The position numbers and the translations under genes are program-made. The notes beneath the pieces were generated by a model, which ran no database searches, was not told the DNA's origin, and worked only from the letters and a program-made list of their open reading frames with translations. A stretch of DNA of 64,000 nucleotides from an uncultured bacterium (lineage in GTDB: Bacteria; Patescibacteriota; Minisyncoccia; UBA6257; GWB1-50-10): positions 24,420 through 88,419 of the forward strand of contig CAVYJB010000001.1 of the NCBI GenBank assembly GCA_963768835.1, written 5' to 3'. This document shows positions 8,992-18,904 of the stretch, one piece after another; position 1 is the first letter of the stretch; every line of letters starts with the position of its first letter.

Positions 8992-10354
8992 ATGCAAGAA
9001 ACTCCGCATAACCAAAATAACACCTCTTTCTATGGCCTGGGTATCGCCCCGGCTATTTTGGATGTTATCCAACGGCTCGGTTTCAAGGTTCCGACGCCTA
9101 TCCAGCAAGAATCCATCCCCATCGCGCTTAAGGGGAACGATATGATCGGCATCGCGCAGACCGGTACGGGGAAAACTCTCGCGTTTGGCATCCCGATGGT
9201 GCAGGAACTCCTCAAGGGAAAAGGGGCGGGTCTCGTGGTGCTCCCGACACGTGAGCTTGCGGAGCAGGTGGACAAGGCGCTCCGGCAGGTAGGTGATCGA
9301 CTGGGTCTCCGAACCGCGGTTATCATCGGTGGCGCTTCGATGCTTATGCAACGCCGAGCTTTGGAGCGACAGCCTCACATCGTCATCGGCACACCCGGCC
9401 GCATCCTGGACCACCTCGAACATCGCTCTCTCTCGCTCGCGCAGGTTTCTATTCTCGTCCTCGACGAAGCCGACCGCATGCTTGATATGGGTTTCGCGCC
9501 ACAGCTGAACCGCATCCTTGAAGCGGTCCCCAAAGATCGCCAAACGATGCTGTTCTCGGCCACGATGCCGGACCAGATCGTCAAGATCGCGCAGCGCTTC
9601 ATGCGGACCCCGCTCCGTATCGAGGTGGCGCGTACCGGCGCTACGCCGAAAGAAGTTTCGCAGGAGGTTTTCTTCGTTCTCCAGACTTTAAAGCCGCGCC
9701 TTCTTGAGAAGATTCTCAAGGAAATCTACGGGCCCGTCCTTATCTTCACCCGCACGAAGTACGGCGCGAAGAAACTCCATCGACTCGTGAGCACGATGGG
9801 CCTCTCCTCGTCGGAGATTCACTCGAACCGATCCTTGGCACAGCGCCGGGAAGCTCTGGAAGGGTTTAAAAACCGGAAAGTACCAGGTGCTCGTTGCGAC
9901 CGACATCGCGGCGCGCGGCATCGACGTCCAGGGCATTGAACTTGTTTTGAACTACGACCTCCCGGAACAGGCGGAGGATTATGTCCATCGCATTGGACGC
10001 ACCGGCCGGGCAGGCCGTATCGGACGTGCCATTTCTTTTGCAGCTCCGGATCAGCGCGGTGACGTAATTGCGATTGAGCGGCTTCTCCGCGCCGCACTAC
10101 CCGTATCCAAGGTTCCGTCTGAACTTCCGCCGGCCCGGATCCAACCCAATGTTCCTGAGGATTATTCCGATTTTCGAGGCCGTCCCAGCCGTGGACGACG
10201 GACTACTTCTGGCGGGCATCGTCCGAGAGGGGGCTCTCGCCGAGGTTCTGCGCCGGGCAGGAGCGCTTCCGCGGGAAGTTATTTTAGCCCCTATTCGCGC
10301 GGTCGCCGTTCGTTCGGCGGTTCGGGGTTCGGTGGCGCCCGACGTAGAGGATAA
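8992..10354 (+). pseudogene. DEAD-box RNA helicase (RhlE/DeaD-like) interrupted by a one-base frameshift (real or sequencing error)
   Basis: Q motif, AQTGTGKT, DEAD and SAT in ORF 8974-9939; [11 protein letters not shown] and HRIGRTGR in ORF 9887-10354; one extra A at 9868-9872. Confidence 0.85.
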
Positions 10355-10491
10355 CTAGAAAAAGATAGCGCACGGCAGAAGACAGGCCCCGCATCCGCGG
10401 GGCTTTGTAGTCTTGAAACACTTTAAGCAATGGAACGTATGTATCTGATGCACAAAGGTCGTATCAAGGTCGATAACGATAAAAAATTACA

Positions 10492-11982
10492 ATGAAGAAA
10501 TCAATTAAAATAGCGGTCGCACTTGCTTCCATGACAGGAACGGTAGCCTTGGTCGCGATTCTCTCGGCACAGGCAGCGACACCGCTTGCGGTTAGCTGCG
10601 CCGGAGTAGTCTCCACGAACACGATTACATGGAGCGCTGCGCCGACGGGCGGAGCAACGCCCTACACGTTTCTTTGGTCCGGCGATTCGAAGGTTGCAGG
10701 TAGCACGAGTACATCGATCCTTGCCACCTATGACGAGAATGGCACGTATACCGCGGATATCCAAGTGATTGACGCGTCCTCGAGCGTCGCGACCTCCACA
10801 TGTTCTGCGATGGTGACGTCCTTTCCGGCACCGACCTCGACTCTCACGGTCGTCGTCGGAGTAAGCGGCGGATCGGCGATACCCGCAAACTTTAGCGTCG
10901 GTGTCACGGGCGGAAACCCTCAACCCTCGTCCTTTGCGGGTAGCGCGGGAACCGCGGTGACGCTGAACTCGAGCTCGTCCTACTCGGTGGCGGAAACTTC
11001 CATCCCGGCGAACTATTCGCCGTCCTATGGAGCGAACTGTTCCTCGAGCGGGCTTGCGCCGGGTACTTCCGCGGTCTGTACCATCACAAACACATACACG
11101 CTCTCACCCGTGACGACATCTACGGTGAATGTCACCGTTGCGGTGAACGGCGGGTCCGCCGTGCCGGGCAACTTCATGGTCGCCGTGACGGGCGGAAGCC
11201 CGAACCCCGCATCCTTCCTCGGAAGCGCGGGAACGGCCGTTGTCCTGAATGCGAATTCATCCTACTCAGTGACGGAGACCTCGCTGCCGGCTAACTACGG
11301 TGTGACCTACAGCGGCGGATGCGCGTCTTCCGTCGGACTGTCGCCGGGAAGTTCTGCGGATTGCACGATCACGGATACCTTCAACGCCGCAACGACCACG
11401 CCACCTCTGCCGCGGGTGAATCCGCCATCGCTCTCGATCGGGCCGAACGGCAGCTTCTTGGGCCGCGGGATGACCGTTACGAGCGTGGGCACGAACACCT
11501 TTCAGGCACAGGTCTGGGGCATCACGTACACCGTGAATTGGTCTGGAAACCTTCCGACGTTCTACCTCCGCGGCGGCAACACGGCGACCTCGACGCCCTC
11601 CGAGCAGCTCCAGGTCGGAGACGAAGTGGGCGTGATGGGGAAAGTGGACCCGTCCGCACCGCTTGTGGTAAACGCCAACATTGTTCGTGACTACAGCATC
11701 ATTAGACCTCGCCCTCCTCGTTCCGAGAGAGGTAGCAATGGAGGTAACGGAGTAGGTTACGGCAATAACGGGAATGGTATCGGCTGGGGATGGGAAAACG
11801 GAGCGACTCCGAACGCGGGAGCCTCGGTGAACGCAACTGTCACGCCACCGACGATTCCTGCGATTCCGACGATCCCCGGGAATCCCGGAGATTTCCAGGG
11901 TCGCATGAACAACCTCATGCAGCAGTTCAACCGGCTGAGCCAGATGTTCAAGAATCGCTTTGGGAATGGGAAAGGGCACTAA
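10492..11982 (+). CDS. Secreted Ser/Thr-rich surface protein with PKD-like and two repeated Ig-like domains
   Basis: Signal peptide; ~88-aa repeats at 10837-11097 and 11119-11382, each with a Cys pair; Gly/Asn-rich tail. Confidence 0.85.
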   Translation: MKKSIKIAVALASMTGTVALVAILSAQAATPLAVSCAGVVSTNTITWSAAPTGGATPYTFLWSGDSKVAGSTSTSILATYDENGTYTADIQVIDASSSVATSTCSAMVTSFPAPTSTLTVVVGVSGGSAIPANFSVGVTGGNPQPSSFAGSAGTAVTLNSSSSYSVAETSIPANYSPSYGANCSSSGLAPGTSAVCTITNTYTLSPVTTSTVNVTVAVNGGSAVPGNFMVAVTGGSPNPASFLGSAGTAVVLNANSSYSVTETSLPANYGVTYSGGCASSVGLSPGSSADCTITDTFNAATTTPPLPRVNPPSLSIGPNGSFLGRGMTVTSVGTNTFQAQVWGITYTVNWSGNLPTFYLRGGNTATSTPSEQLQVGDEVGVMGKVDPSAPLVVNANIVRDYSIIRPRPPRSERGSNGGNGVGYGNNGNGIGWGWENGATPNAGASVNATVTPPTIPAIPTIPGNPGDFQGRMNNLMQQFNRLSQMFKNRFGNGKGH

Positions 11983-12126
11983 CAGCCCGTTCTCACCGGC
12001 CCTGGGAATCGTGGACGGCCTGCTGATTTATCGGCGAGCACCCCGCACCAGGGCCGCAGAGCCCACAACGTACAGGTCAGATAAAATGCCGCACCCCGCT
12101 TAAAACTGGGTGCGGTTGTGTTTACG

Positions 12127-13167
12127 TTAAAGTACGGGCTCAAGCTTTGACTGTCTGCGGAAGAGCAAGGATTCGAGGGTGTAGCGGTCATATCCGTGGG
12201 CGAAGAGTGCGATGTTGATGCCGAAAAGAATGACATGCGGCCACACAACCTCTCCGAAGTGGATAATAGAAAGCGTAAGGAACGCAGTGAACACGATCGC
12301 GGTAAAGCGCACTTCGAAGCCGATCGCGAAGAAGGTTCCGATGGTCGCTTCGATGACGAAAGCTCCGAGCACCAAGAAGAGGGGAGAGAACGGGAAGAAT
12401 TGCGTGAGGTGGTAGTCTCTCACGGTATCAAGCGCAAGATTGCTGTGAAGGAACTTCGCGTAGAACGATGCATAAAATACGGCAATGCCGAAACAGACAC
12501 GAAGAACAAGGAAGGCGTACTGTTCGAATCGCGCGGTAAGAGGAGATACGCTTCGTTTCTTCAGAAACATATCCAGCGAGAATTCACCGCTTCCTAAAAG
12601 GAACGCAACGATCATCTCGCCGAAATAGTTCAGGTAGGTGAGCATGTAACCCTGAAAGCGCACAATCGCTATCGCAAATATCGCCATGGCGGCAAGCGCG
12701 GCCCAGCGCGTTCCGAGCCCGAGGACGAAGAGTGCCCCCACGATGTAGAGAAAGATCCGTAGTGCAGGCGCGAAGGGACCCACGACAGTTGTAAGCGGAA
12801 GTTCTGGCCCAAAGAGACCGCCATAGTGTGCCGATGCGATGAGACTAAAACCAATGGTCAAGCGTCCGACAAGAGGCGCGTAGCGCTTCAATCGCGAGAG
12901 CCAGGGGCTTGCCCAAAGTTCGGCCCGACGGATAACCGAGACGCGCAGCACTACAATGACAAGGAGGAGAATGAGGAACCCCCACAGAATGAACAGTTGT
13001 TCTTGGGTAGCGAGAACCGAGAAGGGATTAGGCGAGGGCATGCTCACCGCCGATTGGATCTCCTGAGGCGATAAGACATAAACCTCGTGCGCGGAACTCA
13101 CCGCCGGCAGGAGGAATAGCCCGAACAAGAAAGCCGCTGAAGCGAGTCGAAGGGTAGTTCGGTGCAT
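12127..13167 (-). CDS. Membrane protein with two DoxX-like domains
   Basis: Signal-like N-terminus (AHEVY); two repeats ending G.G.FSLD / GYDRYTLE. Confidence 0.75.
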   Translation of the reverse strand: MHRTTLRLASAAFLFGLFLLPAVSSAHEVYVLSPQEIQSAVSMPSPNPFSVLATQEQLFILWGFLILLLVIVVLRVSVIRRAELWASPWLSRLKRYAPLVGRLTIGFSLIASAHYGGLFGPELPLTTVVGPFAPALRIFLYIVGALFVLGLGTRWAALAAMAIFAIAIVRFQGYMLTYLNYFGEMIVAFLLGSGEFSLDMFLKKRSVSPLTARFEQYAFLVLRVCFGIAVFYASFYAKFLHSNLALDTVRDYHLTQFFPFSPLFLVLGAFVIEATIGTFFAIGFEVRFTAIVFTAFLTLSIIHFGEVVWPHVILFGINIALFAHGYDRYTLESLLFRRQSKLEPVL

Positions 13168-13226
13168 AATAAATCTAGTTTAACATAATGCCCACGCCCG
13201 CAGATCGCACAGTGCCCAGGACATCC

Positions 13227-13682
13227 CTAAGCGGCTTCTTCTACCAAGCCATACTTAGTATTCCATCGAGCGATGCAATCCTCGAGCAGGTCCTGTGCCT
13301 CGGTTGAAAAGTTTTCTTTTCCAATAAATTCAACAATTGGCCGTATGTCCCTTTCTGGAATGCCTTTTGAGTAATCTATTTCATCGAAAGGCTGGTTTGC
13401 GAGTCGGAATATGAAGTTGCCATTTTGTTCTACAATAACGTGGTCAACGTAATTTCCGAAGGTCTTGATATCTCCTGTCTGTTTATCCGCATAACCGTTC
13501 GCGGCGGTACAAGGCCAGGATTTTCCGCTGATCTCAACACTGCGTGCGTTCCCGCCCATTGATTCGGTACGGAGCAACTCGTGCATCTCTGTTTCCATTT
13601 TCTCGAGGTTCCGCTCGATCGCAAGTTCTCGCTCGGATTTCTCAGGCGATCGCTCGGCCAGGTGGAAAAGTTTCTCGAACAT
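13227..13682 (-). CDS. Hypothetical protein
   Basis: 151-aa acidic ORF from ATG 13682. Confidence 0.6.
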   Translation of the reverse strand: MFEKLFHLAERSPEKSERELAIERNLEKMETEMHELLRTESMGGNARSVEISGKSWPCTAANGYADKQTGDIKTFGNYVDHVIVEQNGNFIFRLANQPFDEIDYSKGIPERDIRPIVEFIGKENFSTEAQDLLEDCIARWNTKYGLVEEAA

Positions 13683-13788
13683 CGGTGTTTTTATAGTAAC
13701 GCTCCCATCGTAAATGGTAAATAGAATAAGGACAGGGAGAGCTATGGTATAATCAACCCCATAGTCGTAACAGGATAAAAACATAACC

Positions 13789-14178
13789 ATGAACCGCGTC
13801 ATACATTTCGAGATACAGGCGGACAACATCGAGCGGGCGAAGAAGTTTTACGAGAACGCCCTTGGTTGGAAAATTAGCCAGATGATGACGAAGGAGAAGG
13901 GCGGGATGGACTACTGGGGCGTCACGACGGGCGAGGGAACCCCGGGTATCAATGGCGGCCTTTATCAGCGACCGACCGCCGGAGATAAATTCTACCTCTA
14001 TGACTGCACAATCGAGGTCAAGGATATCGATGTAGCCATCGCGGCGGTCAAGGCAAACGGGGGCACCATTACGAAGGAGAAGTCAGAGATCCCTGGCGTG
14101 GGCTTGTTTGCAGGCGCGAAAGATACAGAAGGGAACCGTTTTGGTCTCATGCAGCCGACCGGCTGGCAGGCAAAATAG
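13789..14178 (+). CDS. VOC/glyoxalase family protein
   Basis: VIHFEI...ERAKKFY...GW, INGG, DTEGNRFGL. Confidence 0.92.
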   Translation: MNRVIHFEIQADNIERAKKFYENALGWKISQMMTKEKGGMDYWGVTTGEGTPGINGGLYQRPTAGDKFYLYDCTIEVKDIDVAIAAVKANGGTITKEKSEIPGVGLFAGAKDTEGNRFGLMQPTGWQAK

Positions 14179-14283
14179 GGTTATTATTCTTGTACGCAGA
14201 GGACCGCCGATCGATCGGCGGTTCTCGTTTTTATGAAAGGGGTATAATGGTACCAAAGGTCGGGGAAGCCAAAATTTTCACCT

Positions 14284-14583
14284 ATGGCAAAAGAGGTCAT
14301 CAAGCACGGTGGGAAGCGAGTACCCTTTAAGCCCGAGAAGCTGAAGCGCTCTATCCGTCTCGCGTGCAAGGACGCACATGTTCCGACGGCTCGCGTGAAA
14401 GGCATCGTTTCGAAGGTGGCCGGGCCCATCCTGCGATTCGCCAAGAAGCGAAAAGCGGTCCGCGGTTCCGTGCTGCGCACGAAGGTTCTCGCGGGGCTCA
14501 AGAAGGCGGAACCGAAAGCGGCAGTGGCATGGATGCGGTATGAGAAGCGCCGGCGTGCGCGGAAGTCACGACGACGGAAATAG
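14284..14583 (+). CDS. Stand-alone ATP-cone domain protein, very basic
   Basis: VIKHGGKRVPFKPEKLKRSI..A resembles the ATP-cone consensus VIKRDG..EPF..EKI. Confidence 0.75.
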   Translation: MAKEVIKHGGKRVPFKPEKLKRSIRLACKDAHVPTARVKGIVSKVAGPILRFAKKRKAVRGSVLRTKVLAGLKKAEPKAAVAWMRYEKRRRARKSRRRK

Positions 14584-14595
14584 CCGGTATCGCGC

Positions 14596-14629
14596 AAAAA
14601 TCACTCCGATGAAAATCGGGGTGGTTTTT
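14596..14629. terminator. Bidirectional terminator
   Basis: AAAAATCACTCCGAT-GAAA-ATCGGGGTGGTTTTT. Confidence 0.75.
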
Positions 14630-15619
14630 CTATGCAAGGTGTGTCCGGTCGGGCCAACGAGAGGATACGTACGTTGCTACCTCACTGAGCTTTAATGCGG
14701 TCGTTGTATTCCCCGTGCGGACGTAGAAGTGCTCGCTATTGTCAGTCCGGAGATAGACCGGATGCGCACTCTGGGCGATGTCCACTACGCAGACATCGTG
14801 GCCGTCACGTTTCTCGAACCAAAGCTTCACGAGGTGCCGAAGCTCCGGCCCTATCATCGCATTAAAAACCTGGGTGAAATGATTCTCAAAGCCGTCGCTG
14901 GTGGGTCGTTGGATGGTGCCATAATCGTTTTCGAGACCCAAGGTGTGCCGCGTATCATCCACCCCAAGAACGATGCGGCCGCCGTCGGAATTCAGGAAAG
15001 CTGCCACCGATTTCATCGTCGCTTTCTCGAGGTCCCGGTTCACGCGTCCCACATGAGGATCGAAACGCAACGAGGACTTGAACTCCAAGCGCTCGTCCTC
15101 TTCCTGCTGTACGAGCTTCGAAAGATCGGGGCGTTCGCCGGAGGACGCGCGGACAGTTCGTGCGATGTCGGCAAAATGCCCCTGCGGTGAAGAAATATCG
15201 CCTAACACAAAGGGTTTCTCTCCTTGCACGGCTATCCGGACCGTTCCATAACGGAAAAGTTTCCCAAGGAAACCGACAGAGAGCGTCACCGAAGGTGCTT
15301 CTGAGATCCGCACTTCCCGGCGATTGCGCAGAAAAACGCCACGTTCATGGACGAGAATATTCGGGCGAATAACATAACGTTCGCGATACCATCGGAGAAA
15401 GGCGTAGATAGTAATGAGAAACTGGGCCCCGGAGAGAAAGAGTATCTTGGCCGTCTGGTAGGGGAAGAGCCCGGCAAGTGGCAGCTGGCTATACAGGTCG
15501 TACTTAGTGCTCCCACCGCCTAAGGAGAGCAGGTAGGCGGCGAAGGCCGCCACTTCAATAAATGCGAAGGTTCGAATGAGAACGACGGGGCTTCGGCGCA
15601 CAACCATTTCGTTCGTCAT
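14630..15619 (-). CDS. Membrane bPH_2 domain fused to AlbA_2/Schlafen domain
   Basis: Two TM, PH-like segment (Y.I...GV...YGTV), then EDERLEFKSS, AAFLNSDGG.IVLGVDD, FYVRTGNTT. Confidence 0.85.
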   Translation of the reverse strand: MTNEMVVRRSPVVLIRTFAFIEVAAFAAYLLSLGGGSTKYDLYSQLPLAGLFPYQTAKILFLSGAQFLITIYAFLRWYRERYVIRPNILVHERGVFLRNRREVRISEAPSVTLSVGFLGKLFRYGTVRIAVQGEKPFVLGDISSPQGHFADIARTVRASSGERPDLSKLVQQEEDERLEFKSSLRFDPHVGRVNRDLEKATMKSVAAFLNSDGGRIVLGVDDTRHTLGLENDYGTIQRPTSDGFENHFTQVFNAMIGPELRHLVKLWFEKRDGHDVCVVDIAQSAHPVYLRTDNSEHFYVRTGNTTTALKLSEVATYVSSRWPDRTHLA

Positions 15620-15682
15620 GCTTTGGGATAATGCTATACCGAGGTTTCGAGGAAGGGAAGGGCTCCGAGATTATCGGTTCGT

Positions 15683-15847
15683 CTATTGGCTTAACTTAAA
15701 GCCCAACCAAATCCCAACGATTCCTCCGACGCCACTCAAAAGAATCGATGAAAAGGAAAAAATGTCGCCTCCCCAAAGAGCTGGCAGAAATCCTCCAATG
15801 GTAGATCCTACGAATAACCCGATCCAAATAAAGGGATTAGATTTCAT
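15683..15847 (-). CDS. 54-aa Gly-rich membrane microprotein (below ORF-track cutoff)
   Basis: MKSNPFIWIGLFVGSTIGGFLPALWGGDIFSFSSILLSGVGGIVGIWLGFKLSQ, two GxxxG helices. Confidence 0.75.
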   Translation of the reverse strand: MKSNPFIWIGLFVGSTIGGFLPALWGGDIFSFSSILLSGVGGIVGIWLGFKLSQ

Positions 15848-16017
15848 ATTTTATGAAAGGTCAGGAACCTAAAATTGTGCATGAGCGATCCTCTAGGTAA
15901 TCCAATAATACCTTACCTCCCTTGTTCAAGTCATCGCATACCTTGCCCGGAGCCATATATGGTGGTATATCTTCAATCAGAAATGACACCTCTCCTTTAG
16001 TAGTAATATAAAGACTC

Positions 16018-17829
16018 ATGGGAACTTCTTCTCAAGTTAAGAACAAAAAAACCGGCGGTCTTACGCGAGACGTCTTTTTTGAAGGAATCAAGGCTATTGC
16101 GAAGTACTTGAAGCCTCATAAGAAGATGCTTGTTATTCTCACTGTTTTCGGCTTATTGAATGCCGCCGCGCAGGCGTTTGTTCCTCTTATCTCCGGGAGA
16201 ATTTTTGATGCGATTATTGCGATTTCAAGAAATTCTCTCCTGCCGCTTGTCCCGATATTTACCCTGATCATCGTTTGGCTTTTGCTCCAGTTGAGTAGTA
16301 ATACGATCAGTTGGTGGACCGGCTTTCAAAACGATAAATTAAGCACGCTGTTAAGCGCTAACTACATTGCAAAGGGGTTCGGAAAGCTCTTCGAATTGCC
16401 GTTGGCGTTTCATACCACGCAAAAGCAGGGCGACGTCAACGACCGCATAAATCGCGCCTCGAACTGGCTCGATAATATCGTGAACAATGTGCTCCTTACC
16501 CTTCTACCAAACTTTCTCAGCATCGTGATCGCGCTCGTTATTACGGTCTATATTAATTCAACTTTTACGCTCATTCTTATCGGAGCAATCATCGTTTACA
16601 GCCTCATCCTTTGGAGCGCGGTCCCGCGCCTCACGGGCCTTCAAACGAAAATGCACCGTGCCTACAACGTTGCTTATGGCAACGCCTACGATGCGATGGG
16701 GAATATTCGAGAAATAAAACAAGCGGCAACCGAAAAACAGGAGCAGAAGAAAATCTACAACAACTTCATTGACCGCGCTGCGCAATTCTGGGTGGACATG
16801 AACACCATCTTCCAGCGATTGAATTTTTTTCAAAAGACGGTTGTGACCCTGACGCAATTATCGATTTTTACCTTGTCGGTCTTTTTCGTGAAAAACGGAA
16901 TGTTGACTCCCGGCGGACTTGTCGCGTTCAACGGTTATGCCGCGATGATCTTGGGACCATTCGTCATCTTGGGGCAGAACTGGCAAACCATCCAAAATGG
17001 GTTGGTTGCAATCGTTCGCGCGGAAAAGATACTTGCGACGCCGACCGAAAATTACCTTCCCAAAAACGCCGTGGCACCCCAAACGCTACGAGGGGAGGTG
17101 GAATTCGAAAACGTATATTTTTCTTATAAGAGCAGCGAGCAAACCCTCGGGGGGATTTCTTTCCACGTGAAGCCCGGAGAACGCGTGGCCTTGGTGGGCG
17201 AATCAGGGGTGGGCAAGACAACAATCATCGATTTGCTTTCCGGTTTTTACTTCCCGCAGCAAGGGAGAATTCTTATTGACGCTATCGACATTAAGAGAAT
17301 GAACTTGACGAAATATCGATCCCGCATCGGCGTTGTCCCCCAGGAACCGACGCTATTTAACGACACGATTGAGGCGAATATCCGTTACGGTAACCAGGGT
17401 AAATCGCAGGATGAAATGATCGCGGCTGCAAAAGAGGCCTACGCACATGAGTTCATCGAATCATTTCCGAAGAAATATAAGCAAGTCGTGGGCTGGCGCG
17501 GCATCAAGCTTTCTATCGGGCAAAAACAACGCATTGCCCTCGCGCGGGCATTTTTGCGCAATCCTGATATCCTCGCTCTCGACGAGCCGACGTCGGCCCT
17601 TGATGCAAAATCCGAACATCTGATCAAGGCATCGCTGGTAAAGCTAATGGAAGGGAGAACTAGTTTTATTATTGCCCATCGCCTGAGTACAGTGCGCGAA
17701 GCGGATATGATTCTAGTACTGAAGGGCGGCAAAATCGTTGAGCGAGGCAGCCATCAAGAGCTCATCAAGATTCCTGACGGCGTATACCGGTCTCTCTACG
17801 AACTTCAAATCGGATTCGCGGCCCAATAG
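16018..17829 (+). CDS. ABC exporter, fused permease/ATP-binding (MsbA/MdlB-like)
   Basis: Six TM, Walker A GESGVGKT, LSIGQKQR signature, LALDEPTSALD. Confidence 0.95.
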   Translation: MGTSSQVKNKKTGGLTRDVFFEGIKAIAKYLKPHKKMLVILTVFGLLNAAAQAFVPLISGRIFDAIIAISRNSLLPLVPIFTLIIVWLLLQLSSNTISWWTGFQNDKLSTLLSANYIAKGFGKLFELPLAFHTTQKQGDVNDRINRASNWLDNIVNNVLLTLLPNFLSIVIALVITVYINSTFTLILIGAIIVYSLILWSAVPRLTGLQTKMHRAYNVAYGNAYDAMGNIREIKQAATEKQEQKKIYNNFIDRAAQFWVDMNTIFQRLNFFQKTVVTLTQLSIFTLSVFFVKNGMLTPGGLVAFNGYAAMILGPFVILGQNWQTIQNGLVAIVRAEKILATPTENYLPKNAVAPQTLRGEVEFENVYFSYKSSEQTLGGISFHVKPGERVALVGESGVGKTTIIDLLSGFYFPQQGRILIDAIDIKRMNLTKYRSRIGVVPQEPTLFNDTIEANIRYGNQGKSQDEMIAAAKEAYAHEFIESFPKKYKQVVGWRGIKLSIGQKQRIALARAFLRNPDILALDEPTSALDAKSEHLIKASLVKLMEGRTSFIIAHRLSTVREADMILVLKGGKIVERGSHQELIKIPDGVYRSLYELQIGFAAQ

Positions 17830-17911
17830 AGGAGCGGGTGTCAATAAGGGTCGTAAAACCGTCCTTGAAATGGCCCCCCGACTGGGGTTTAAAAACATCC
17901 GCTAACCTAGT

Positions 17912-18580
17912 CTAATATTCAAATCGTGCTCCTGAATCGGTGGCAAAAGCGATTTTCTCACCTACTCCAGACGTTTCCCTGACAATGAAATCGATTCCGT
18001 CACTTAGGATTTTTATGAATGCACCGTTCTCAATGTCCGGAAACCCTTTCCGCTCTGCAAAACCAATATGTATCAAGAATGCACGCAAGATACCGCCATG
18101 CGTTACCACCAAAACCGTCTTGCCTGGTGACGCAACTGCCACCTCCCTCAAAAAGGTGATCATCCTACTGATAATCTCAGGATCGCTCTCGATGTTATCT
18201 GGATAGGCGACTTCCTTTCGGGCTTCTTCCGACAATTTCCGCAAATTTTCGAAAAACACTTTCGTTCGTTCCGCATAATCTTCATATTGCTTCCCCTCAT
18301 GAATACCATAGCTTCTTTCTCTTAGAAGCTCGGATGTTTGCACAGCCAATTTCTTCTCCAATGCGATGATTTCTGCGGTTTGTCGCGCGCGGGCTAAATC
18401 AGAAGAGTAGATAGAATCGAAATGAACGTTTTTAAGTTTCTGAGAAGTTTCGCGCGCCTGTGTCTCTCCTTGGGCCGTAAGAGGCATATCCTTGTGCCCC
18501 ATGATAATGCCCTTGGCGTTTCCCTCAGCTTCACCATGACGGACAAGATAAATCGTGCAAAGATTGTTATGTTCTTTCAT
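17912..18580 (-). CDS. Histidine phosphatase (phosphoglycerate mutase-like) family
   Basis: LVRHGE, SSDL.RA.QTA, VTHGG. Confidence 0.92.
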   Translation of the reverse strand: MKEHNNLCTIYLVRHGEAEGNAKGIIMGHKDMPLTAQGETQARETSQKLKNVHFDSIYSSDLARARQTAEIIALEKKLAVQTSELLRERSYGIHEGKQYEDYAERTKVFFENLRKLSEEARKEVAYPDNIESDPEIISRMITFLREVAVASPGKTVLVVTHGGILRAFLIHIGFAERKGFPDIENGAFIKILSDGIDFIVRETSGVGEKIAFATDSGARFEY

Positions 18581-18904
18581 GTGACAAACCTTAGCTGTGT
18601 TCTCCGCTCTAGTACCAACCGGCTTGAATCAGTATAAGCGTTCTTTGGGGGCTGGAGTAGGGGACCAATCGACCCGTCTCGGTCAGGGGTCAAATGTGAC
18701 ACAAAGAGGTGCCTCACGGGGTGTCTTGTCCTGGGCAGACGAGGCAGCAATGTTACAAATGTTACTGTGCTAAGCGCTTCAGCTGGCGCTCTTGACTGCT
18801 AACGAAGTAAACGCTATAACACTTCCAGCTGTTTGAACGCCCTACCAACCCTCCGAAGCGTAGTAGGAGCGTGCGGTACGGCATAACTGAGAAGGGGTTG
18901 TCAC

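Noticed and set aside
13159-13190. dif/Xer site (GGTGCATAA...TTTAACATAA)
   Set aside because: Half-site-like words do not have the 11-6-11 inverted arrangement.
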